64,000 bases of DNA. Origin: Candidatus Micrarchaeota archaeon. Its GTDB lineage: Archaea; B1Sed10-29; JAJSAI01. Where the stretch lies: assembly GCA_964625085.1 (NCBI GenBank), contig CAZVAJ010000001.1, positions 46,387 through 110,386 of the forward strand, in the 5' to 3' direction. Made by a program: the position numbers and the translations under genes. Shown here in pieces: positions 39,134 through 46,253 of the stretch. Below the pieces are notes generated by a model, which worked only from the letters and a program-made list of their open reading frames with translations, had not been told where the DNA came from and made no database searches. How positions within the stretch are numbered: the stretch's first letter is position 1; each line of letters starts with the position of its first letter.

Positions 39134-40000
39134 ATGTTCTGGGCACTGCTTACCGGGATAGTAACCGCGGCCAACCTCATGCTCGTGGAAAAGAAGGAAG
39201 ATGCATTGATCTTGGTGCTTTCAGCAGCAGCGGCATTAATTCTGATGAACTCTCCTCTTGGAGTGCTTGGGATCGGTGTAGCGGTCCTGTCCCCAAGAAT
39301 AAAGAAGTACGCGTTATTCTCTCAGGCGAACCTTCTTTCTGCTGTGCTGGTTTCAAGTTCCCTGTTGTGGTACTACGAGCACGGGCTGCTTCCTGGAACA
39401 AGACAGACCGCGGTCATATTTGCACTAGCAGTAGCAGCAGTTGCCATCTACGGGATCCTGGAACCTAAGCTGTACCGGTTCCTTGCGCTGAGTAACCTGG
39501 CGCAACTGGGTTTTGTTGCACTGGACCTGAGCGTGGCTTTCGCGCTAGGAAATCCCGGCATACTCAAGACAGTGCAGGTGTTCAACTATGCGATTGCAGG
39601 CTCTTTGCTGTTCCTGGGAATAGGGATGGTGGCAAGAAAAAAGGAGTATGTCAGCGACCTGACAGGAAGCTGGTTCGTGAGCAAGTGGGCTGACCTGTTC
39701 GCGGTGATCGCCTGCCTTTCTCTGGCAGGGCTGCCTGGGTTTAACATGTTTGTATCAGAGTGGGCTCTTTTCACAAAAGGATTTGAACTAAGCCCTTCAA
39801 TAACTCTTCTTGGCATCTTCCTTGCAATGATCCTGTTCATAATGTACTACAAGATAGCGTACTACCTGCTGGTGGGCCCGGGAAGAAAGAAAAAAAGCGA
39901 CCGGCTTAGGCTTGCTTTTGCAGGAACGCTCGCCGTGATAGTGATCTTGCTGGGAATTGTCCCAGGAATCCAAGAGACTGTGTTGGGGTGGCTGGTGTGA
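39134..40000 (+). CDS. truncated Mrp/NuoLMN-type proton-conducting membrane subunit of hydrogenase
   Basis: RFLALSNLAQLG, LLFLGIG, SLAGLPGF..FVSEW, LGIVP; only 288 aa. Confidence 0.8.
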   Translation: MFWALLTGIVTAANLMLVEKKEDALILVLSAAAALILMNSPLGVLGIGVAVLSPRIKKYALFSQANLLSAVLVSSSLLWYYEHGLLPGTRQTAVIFALAVAAVAIYGILEPKLYRFLALSNLAQLGFVALDLSVAFALGNPGILKTVQVFNYAIAGSLLFLGIGMVARKKEYVSDLTGSWFVSKWADLFAVIACLSLAGLPGFNMFVSEWALFTKGFELSPSITLLGIFLAMILFIMYYKIAYYLLVGPGRKKKSDRLRLAFAGTLAVIVILLGIVPGIQETVLGWLV

Positions 40001-40152
40001 GCAGAAGAGAAAGTGTAGCAGTATACCTGGGCGGAGAAAAGAGCGTGGGAAAAACACTTCCGGACAAGTACGAAGCGTTCTTTGAATCATGGGAACTTGC
40101 AGCCGTACTTGCTTCCCTTGCCCTACTATCATTACTGGTGATGGTAATATGA
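39997..40152 (+). CDS. small single-TM hydrogenase-associated protein (51 aa; not in ORF track)
   Basis: Manual translation MSRRESVAVYLGGEKSVGKTLPDKYEAFFESWELAAVLASLALLSLLVMVI; GTGA and ATGA overlaps with both neighbours. Confidence 0.7.
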   Translation: MSRRESVAVYLGGEKSVGKTLPDKYEAFFESWELAAVLASLALLSLLVMVI

Positions 40153-40574
40153 TATTCAAAAGATCCCCGTGGGTGTTCGTTTTTCATGGAGCTGGCTGTA
40201 ACGGATGCAATCTGGAGGTGTTTGCAACAGTCACCCCTCGGTATGATGTTGAAAGGCTTGGGATACTGATCAAACACAGCCCGCGTAACGCAGACATTCT
40301 TCTTGTGGAGGGAATGGTAAACAAAAAGAACGCCAGCAGAATAAAAACAGTGTACGAGCAGATGGCAAGCCCGAAAGCGGTTGTGGCAGTAGGATCATGC
40401 GCGATATCCGGAGGAGTATTCGCTGACTCGTACAATCACGCAGGACCCCTTGACAAGATAGTTCCTGTTGACGTTTACGTGCCAGGATGCCCGCCAAGGC
40501 CAGAAGCAATCATAGACGGAATACTAAAAGGAGTTGAGATACTTGAAAATAGAAGAAAAGGTAAAAAAGGATAG
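40149..40574 (+). CDS. group 4 [NiFe]-hydrogenase small subunit (NuoB/EchC/MbhJ-like)
   Basis: GCNGCNLE, YDVERLG, SPRNAD, VGSCAISGG, VPGCPPRPE. Confidence 0.93.
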   Translation: MIFKRSPWVFVFHGAGCNGCNLEVFATVTPRYDVERLGILIKHSPRNADILLVEGMVNKKNASRIKTVYEQMASPKAVVAVGSCAISGGVFADSYNHAGPLDKIVPVDVYVPGCPPRPEAIIDGILKGVEILENRRKGKKG

Positions 40575-40857
40575 GCTTATCGCGATAGTGTGCGATGATC
40601 TTGGGAAAAGATTCCGCCTTAGATACTTTTTTGATGAGCGTGGAAAAGGAGTGACGTTCACGGACGTGAACGTTGAAAAAAACAATCCTGTCGTGAAAAG
40701 CGTGTCAGAACTATTTCCTCCAGCAGACTTTTATGAGCGTGAGATACATGACTTTTACGGTGTGGAGTTTCAGGGAAACAAGAACCTTCATCTTAAGCTC
40801 TTCCTGCCTGAAGACTGGGATCAAAAACCACCCATGAGGAGGGAAAAGAATGCATGA
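40534..40857 (+). CDS. hydrogenase NuoC/EchD/MbhK-like subunit
   Basis: SVSELFP.ADFYEREIHDFYGVEF.G, LFLPEDW...PPMRR. Confidence 0.9.
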   Translation: MRYLKIEEKVKKDRLIAIVCDDLGKRFRLRYFFDERGKGVTFTDVNVEKNNPVVKSVSELFPPADFYEREIHDFYGVEFQGNKNLHLKLFLPEDWDQKPPMRREKNA

Positions 40858-42001
40858 TTTTGTTATGCCCATCGGACCACAAAGCCCTGCAGTAAAAGAG
40901 CCTATCCTGTTAAAGCTTGCGCTTGAAGGGGAAGAAGTGCGCAAAGTACGAATGGTAACAGGATACACTCACAGAGGAGTAGAGTACCTTCTTGAAGGAA
41001 AAAACCCTGACCAGGCCTTGTACGTTGCCTCAAGAATCTGCGGGATATGCAGCATAAGCCACGAGAGAGCATACGTGAGGACTGTGGAAAACATTCTTGG
41101 CTACGACGCGCCTGAAAGGGTAAAGGCCCTGAGAACAGTTCTCTTCGAGCTTGAGAGAATGCAGAGTCACCTGCTGTGGGCAGGGATGATGATGCACGAG
41201 ATCGGGCTCGAGACTCTTTTCGACTACTTTTGGAGGGAAAGGGAAAAGGTCCTTGACTGCTTCGAAAAAATAACAGGAGGAAGAGTGCATCATAACATAA
41301 ACAAGATACGCACGCTCCGGTATGATATGGAAAAAGAAGATCCTGACTTCATACTACAAAGAATAAAGGAAGTAAAGAAAAAAGCAAGGGAGTACTATGA
41401 TGACTGTGTGAAAGAAGAGGTTGTGATCTCAAGACTCAAGAATGTTGGAATAATACCTAAAAACATGGCTGAATCATGGGGGCTTACCGGGCCCATAGCA
41501 AGAGCATCAGGCATTGACGTGGACACCCGGAAGAATGACCCGTACGACTGGTACAACAAGGTGAAGTTTAAGACTGTTGTCGGAAAAGAAGGAGACTCTT
41601 TTGAAAGGTTCAAGGTTAGGATGAAGGAAGTGCTTGAGTCAGCAAGCATAGTAGAACAAGTCTTGTCAAACCTTCCTGAAGAAAAGATACCAGTAGCATC
41701 CTTGTCACGGGTGGATGGTGAAGGATACGGGAGGGTTGAAGCTCCAAGAGGAGAACTTTTCTACTACCTTCGTTTTAAGAATAATCTGATAGAAAGAGCA
41801 AAAGTTAGGACGCCCAGTTTTTCATACATGAAGCTCGCGGAAGAACTGTTGCAGGGAGTGGTTGTTGGAGACGTTCCAGTTATACTTGCTTCACTCGATC
41901 CCTGCTTCTCCTGCTTGGAAAGGATCCTTGTTGAAAAAAACGGGAAAGTGTCTGAACTGAAGGAAAACGAATTCAGGAGGAGATATGCTTGCAGTCAGTA
42001 A
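40850..42001 (+). CDS. group 4 [NiFe]-hydrogenase large subunit (EchE/MbhL-like)
   Basis: GYTHRGVE, L1 RICGICS.SH, EAPRGE, RTPS, L2 DPCFSC followed by a C-terminal extension. Confidence 0.94.
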   Translation: MHDFVMPIGPQSPAVKEPILLKLALEGEEVRKVRMVTGYTHRGVEYLLEGKNPDQALYVASRICGICSISHERAYVRTVENILGYDAPERVKALRTVLFELERMQSHLLWAGMMMHEIGLETLFDYFWREREKVLDCFEKITGGRVHHNINKIRTLRYDMEKEDPDFILQRIKEVKKKAREYYDDCVKEEVVISRLKNVGIIPKNMAESWGLTGPIARASGIDVDTRKNDPYDWYNKVKFKTVVGKEGDSFERFKVRMKEVLESASIVEQVLSNLPEEKIPVASLSRVDGEGYGRVEAPRGELFYYLRFKNNLIERAKVRTPSFSYMKLAEELLQGVVVGDVPVILASLDPCFSCLERILVEKNGKVSELKENEFRRRYACSQ

Positions 42002-42846
42002 TGCTATTTCTTTGGGTATTATCGCCGGCCGCTGCTGTTCTGTTGGAGGGTTTTTACCGAAAGACCATCGCAAGAATGCAGAGTAGGAAAGGGCCGCCGG
42101 TAGTCCAGCCTTTTTATGACCTGCGTAAACTCTGGAACAAAAGACGCGTAAAAACAAAGAATGACTGGTTCTTTCTGATCTCTCCTTTCTTTTACACCGT
42201 GACGGTACTCATCGGGCTTTTGATAGTGCCATTTCATATCCTGTCGTTCGAGTACGATTTTATTTTCCTCTTGTACATCACAGTTCTCTCGAGCGCGTTC
42301 TACGTGCTTGCAGGAATAAGCTCGGACTCTCCTTACGGCATGCTTGCCAGCATGAGAGAGATGAGGTTGATGGTGATATACGAGACTGCTCTGGCAGCTG
42401 CTTTGTTGTCTTTTGTAGTGTATTCAGGGACACTAACTATTTCTGGAGTAAAGCCCTTGAGCGTGATCTACCTTTTGCCGTCCGCGGTTGCATTAATAGC
42501 AGTCATCTTTGTTGAGAACAAGGTAACACAGTTTGACACAGGGGCTGCTGAAAGCGAGATACTTCCAGGAGTAAGCACAGAGTACTCTGGGAAAGCACTG
42601 TTTTTCCTTGATCTTGGGGAGATGATGAAAAGGTTTCTTTTCCTGAGCCTGGTTTCAGCACTTTTCGCAGGAGACAACATGCTCTTTTTTGCAGTAAGCT
42701 TTGTGATACTGTTCATGGCGATGGCGTATTCTGATGCCACTACCCCGCGTTTCACTTTGCACGTTACCACATGGTATGTCCTTGCCGCGCTCATACTGGC
42801 GGTTATTGACCTGTTAAGAGTAATATGGGTGAGCGGATGGGCTTGA
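41989..42846 (+). CDS. hydrogenase membrane subunit (NuoH/EchB/MbhM-like)
   Basis: RK.IARMQSRKGPP..QPFYD..KL, SPYG, FD...AESEI..G..TEYSG, TPRF. Confidence 0.92.
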   Translation: MQSVMLFLWVLSPAAAVLLEGFYRKTIARMQSRKGPPVVQPFYDLRKLWNKRRVKTKNDWFFLISPFFYTVTVLIGLLIVPFHILSFEYDFIFLLYITVLSSAFYVLAGISSDSPYGMLASMREMRLMVIYETALAAALLSFVVYSGTLTISGVKPLSVIYLLPSAVALIAVIFVENKVTQFDTGAAESEILPGVSTEYSGKALFFLDLGEMMKRFLFLSLVSALFAGDNMLFFAVSFVILFMAMAYSDATTPRFTLHVTTWYVLAALILAVIDLLRVIWVSGWA

Positions 42847-43169
42847 AAATAGAAGCACTAAGATGGCTTTTCAGAAGGCCGGTCACTGAAAACTACCCGA
42901 AGCAGAAAAAAGAACCATATCCTTTGTTCAGAGGCAGGATAGTGTACCATCCTAAGACGTGCATAGGGTGCAGGCTCTGCGAAAGAAACTGTCCCACAAA
43001 AGCGATCACTTTCCACGAGAAGGGAAAGATAGAATTTGACATGGGAAAATGCATCCTGTGCGGCCTATGCAGGGACGTCTGTCCAACAAAACCCAAGTCC
43101 ATCTCTTTTTCCAGAGAGTTTGAATACGCCAGCACAAGAAAAGAGAACCTCAAAAACAGGATTTCATAA
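42837..43169 (+). CDS. hydrogenase 2[4Fe-4S] subunit (NuoI/EchF/MbhN-like)
   Basis: PVT..YP, FRGRI, CIGCRLCERNCP and CILCGLCRDVCP. Confidence 0.92.
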   Translation: MGLKIEALRWLFRRPVTENYPKQKKEPYPLFRGRIVYHPKTCIGCRLCERNCPTKAITFHEKGKIEFDMGKCILCGLCRDVCPTKPKSISFSREFEYASTRKENLKNRIS

Positions 43170-43596
43170 CCTCTTTTACGTTCAACAGTATCATAGGATA
43201 CTTGTCGCGCAAACTGTCTGAAAGAGAATCCCTGTACCCTCTGTTCTTCACGACTATTCCTATAATGTAAACCTGTATCCCTGCAAGCGCTTTTTTCACG
43301 AAGGGCACTGAAACAGAATGCGTTGAAAGCCCGGCTGCTGACACGTCCCCTGGGCTGAAGACTTTAACAGTGCCCTCGGGGCTGGGAGAAAGAACAGAGT
43401 CCAGTATAAAAACCAAGTCATAGGACATCAGCTTTCCCAGATAGTTCAACGGCTCTCCATAGTAGTAGTCTGCGTTAAGAAACCTTTCTTTTTCAAGATC
43501 CCTAGCAATCTTTTCAGGCACACCGTCATCTTCTCTGAGAGGATTGCCAAAGGACACAATCGCTACTTTAGCCTCTTCCGAGTTATTCAAGAACAT
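43150..43596 (-). CDS. hydrogenase maturation protease (HycI/HyaD family)
   Basis: FGNPLREDDGV, FILDSV, STHSV, IIGIV. Confidence 0.88.
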   Translation of the reverse strand: MFLNNSEEAKVAIVSFGNPLREDDGVPEKIARDLEKERFLNADYYYGEPLNYLGKLMSYDLVFILDSVLSPSPEGTVKVFSPGDVSAAGLSTHSVSVPFVKKALAGIQVYIIGIVVKNRGYRDSLSDSLRDKYPMILLNVKEVMKSCF

Positions 43597-44053
43597 GACA
43601 CACTACCTTATTGTGGACTAGTACACGGTCATTAAGGTTTATCCGTGTAGTCATCCCAGGAGCAATTCTCGTTACAGCGTACACTGTCTTACCTGAATCA
43701 AGCACGACTCTCGCGGTCAGACTGTTCTCTTTTCCTTTCCTCTCTGCCCTGAATCCTACTACTTTTCCTGCTTCTACTTTGCACGGCTGCTCCTTGTTAT
43801 GGTACTCTAGGAAGTATTTTACGATAAGATCAGGCCTGGGCTTTATGGAAAACCTGCTCTTCTCCAGGATAACCGTTGACATAATCCTGTCGTAGTCTTC
43901 AGGAAATGCCTCCCTAAGCAGGTTATCAGGCGTCTTCTTCTTATTCATAGCGTAGAGTAGTCTGCCTTTAACGTCTTCTGGAAGGGAATATGCTGGCATG
44001 CATATCCTTGCGAAAAGCTCTTTCTCAGGTTCTGACATGCTCCTCTTGAACAA
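43583..44053 (-). CDS. hypothetical protein with HypC-like C-terminal region (possibly DUF6390-related)
   Basis: ELFAR start; CKVEAGKVV...LNDRVLVHNKVVCHVL resembles the HypC OB-fold pattern; overlaps the maturation protease gene. Confidence 0.6.
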   Translation of the reverse strand: MFKRSMSEPEKELFARICMPAYSLPEDVKGRLLYAMNKKKTPDNLLREAFPEDYDRIMSTVILEKSRFSIKPRPDLIVKYFLEYHNKEQPCKVEAGKVVGFRAERKGKENSLTARVVLDSGKTVYAVTRIAPGMTTRINLNDRVLVHNKVVCHVLE

Positions 44054-44138
44054 AAAAACGCCTCCAGATATGTTCTCTTGGCACTGTTTTTAAGGCTTTC
44101 GCCCGATTTTATATAAGCAGGATTCAGAAGAATGAATC

Positions 44139-44876
44139 ATGCTTTCAGAAAAGAGGGAAATAGAGAAGAGCCTGCAAGCAAAGAAAACAATAATCATCGT
44201 GGGAAATTGCAGGGTTCTTTATTCTGGAAGGGCTGTTTCAGAACTGGGCACGGGTGAAAGAATAGTGCTAATAAAACCGGATGGAACGTTCCTTGTTCAT
44301 CAGCCATCTAAGACACCTCCTGTGAACTACCAGAAGACAGGGACCAAATTCAAAGTAGAGTACGATGGAAACGAGCTGATAATAACCGGGAAAAATGGTG
44401 AAGATACTCTTTCAGTATTCTTTAACAGGATAATCCTGCTGCGCGCCCTAAACTTGCATGATAACAGCAGGTCTGTTGTCAGGGGCATTGAAACCCACAT
44501 ATCAGACGCGCTTTCACAAGACCTTGAAGTAATAGAAACGGGAATGAAGGCTGTCAAAAGAGAGGGGTTCTTGCCAAAAGGAATGGTCGACATCTGGGCT
44601 GAAGACAAGCAGGGCAACATCGTGCTAATAGAAGTGAAAAGAAGAAAAGCAGGGCTTAATGCGGTTTCACAACTAAAAAGGTACGTGGAAGAAGTGCAGA
44701 AAAGAAAGGGGCAGAACGTGCGAGGGATCTTGTGCGCTCCTGAAATAACAGAGCACGCCAGAAAGTTTCTTGAAAAAGAAGGGCTGGAGTTCAAGAGAAT
44801 CAGTTACAAGATATCAGAAACAACACAGATAGATGGCTCTAACCAAAAGCAAGCCAAGTTGGAGAAGTATGTTTAA
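44139..44876 (+). CDS. nucS: mismatch-specific endonuclease NucS/EndoMS
   Basis: C.V.Y.GRA.S.L..GER..IKPDG..LVH, PVNYQ, G.VDI...D, IEVKR, AVSQL.RY, RGIL.AP. Confidence 0.94.
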   Translation: MLSEKREIEKSLQAKKTIIIVGNCRVLYSGRAVSELGTGERIVLIKPDGTFLVHQPSKTPPVNYQKTGTKFKVEYDGNELIITGKNGEDTLSVFFNRIILLRALNLHDNSRSVVRGIETHISDALSQDLEVIETGMKAVKREGFLPKGMVDIWAEDKQGNIVLIEVKRRKAGLNAVSQLKRYVEEVQKRKGQNVRGILCAPEITEHARKFLEKEGLEFKRISYKISETTQIDGSNQKQAKLEKYV

Positions 44877-45091
44877 AAAAACATGTGATTTTTGGACAAA
44901 TGTCAAATAATATGCTTGATTGGTTTATAAACCACCAGGGATTTGGATGTTTAATAGTAATATTTTTATATTACCTGCGCATAATGATAAATGCTAAAGA
45001 GGATGGCTCACCTAAACCGAGGGGATCATAAAGATCCTCTCAAACCCTTTTCCTGATGACTTATTTATAGGATTAGGGAGTATGTTTTCTG

Positions 45092-45622
45092 ATGGTTCTG
45101 AGGCTTGTTATAACCGGCGTTCCTGGAACAGGAAAGACAACTGTTGCCAGGGCACTTGGGAAAAAGCTGGGAATGCCTGTAATCAGCCTGACAGATTACA
45201 TGAAAAAGAAAAAACTCTACTCAGGAGAGATTGAAGGAGAACTGGTCGCAGACCTAAACAAGCTGAAAAAAGCGCTGTCAAAAGAAGAGAACGTGATAAT
45301 AGAAGGGCATCTTGCGTGCGAGGTAAAGGTGCCTGACTCCCTTGTTATAGTGCTTAGAACAAGGCCAGATGTTATAAAAGAAAGGCTCTCAGACAGAGGT
45401 TATTCTGACAAAAAACTAAGGGATAACATGGAAGCAGAAGCCCTTGACTACTGCACAATCCGGGCAGAAGAAGAATACGGGCAAAAAAGAGTGTACGAGG
45501 TGGACACCACAGGAAAGACGGTCGAACAGGTAGTAGAAGAATGCTTGAGAATAGCAAAAGGGCGTGCAGGAAAACAGAAGAGAATAGACTTTTCAGACTA
45601 TTTTCTCAGCAGGGGAAACTGA
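45092..45622 (+). CDS. adenylate kinase AK6/Fap7 family
   Basis: ITGVPGTGKTT, IIEGHL, VLRT.P...ERL..RGY..KL.DN.EAE, EVDTT. Confidence 0.92.
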   Translation: MVLRLVITGVPGTGKTTVARALGKKLGMPVISLTDYMKKKKLYSGEIEGELVADLNKLKKALSKEENVIIEGHLACEVKVPDSLVIVLRTRPDVIKERLSDRGYSDKKLRDNMEAEALDYCTIRAEEEYGQKRVYEVDTTGKTVEQVVEECLRIAKGRAGKQKRIDFSDYFLSRGN

Positions 45623-45974
45623 CCGACTGATACCCTGTTTGGCTTATTGTGTACTCTCTGCTGCCAGGAAGTGACGCGTTCATGTCAAAGTATGATGTCT
45701 CGCCCACATCAAGTTCAGACACGTAGAACCAAGCCACTTCCCCTCCAGTAGAATTGTACACCGTGAAGTTAGTGTTCCGGATAACAAGCGCGCCCCCGTT
45801 CTTAACCTGTATAACGTTCCCTTCACATGACTGGACTATCAGAGACCGGTAGACCGTGTCAGGAAGAACAGGTTTTTCAGCGTACGGAAGCACCCAGTAG
45901 TACACTGAAATGCCTGCAATCACGGTTATTGCAATAAACAGTACCATCGCTATGATTGGAGAAAGTCCTTTCAT
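45606..45974 (-). CDS. archaeal type IV pilin-like protein
   Basis: Class III signal peptide MKG/LSPIIAMVLFIAITVIAG; V.N.G motif. Confidence 0.88.
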   Translation of the reverse strand: MKGLSPIIAMVLFIAITVIAGISVYYWVLPYAEKPVLPDTVYRSLIVQSCEGNVIQVKNGGALVIRNTNFTVYNSTGGEVAWFYVSELDVGETSYFDMNASLPGSREYTISQTGYQSVSFPC

Positions 45975-46034
45975 GTTTTCTTGAACTCAGTCAAGTAATT
46001 TAATTGTTTCACAATCCTTACTCTCACAGGAGGA

Positions 46035-46253
46035 TCAAGACACCTGATCCTGCTGTTGCTGATCATGTCTATCACAAGATAAAACTTCACTAACAAGCCC
46101 CCACGGAATTGTGTCTCTCACCTTCATCTTAAGTTCTTTTATGCTCTTGCACGTGATTTCTTTCCTGTTTAACGTGATCCTGTACTCCCCGCTGGCGTTC
46201 TCGTGCTCTATTATCAGCCGGCAGTCTCCTTGGAATATTATTAAGGTATTCAT
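46035..46253 (-). CDS. hypothetical protein (72 aa)
   Basis: ATG overlaps the upstream stop (ATGA); no motif recognised. Confidence 0.5.
   Translation of the reverse strand: MNTLIIFQGDCRLIIEHENASGEYRITLNRKEITCKSIKELKMKVRDTIPWGLVSEVLSCDRHDQQQQDQVS

Noticed and set aside
39134..43169. Respiratory complex I (Nuo) or Mbs/Mbx assignment
   Set aside because: The large subunit keeps both CxxC Ni-binding motifs and a maturation protease is adjacent, which indicates a true [NiFe]-hydrogenase.
44995..45065. Canonical fluoride (crcB) riboswitch call
   Set aside because: Landmark words are present but P1 and the pseudoknot do not pair, and no fluoride-related gene follows; kept only as a low-confidence finding.
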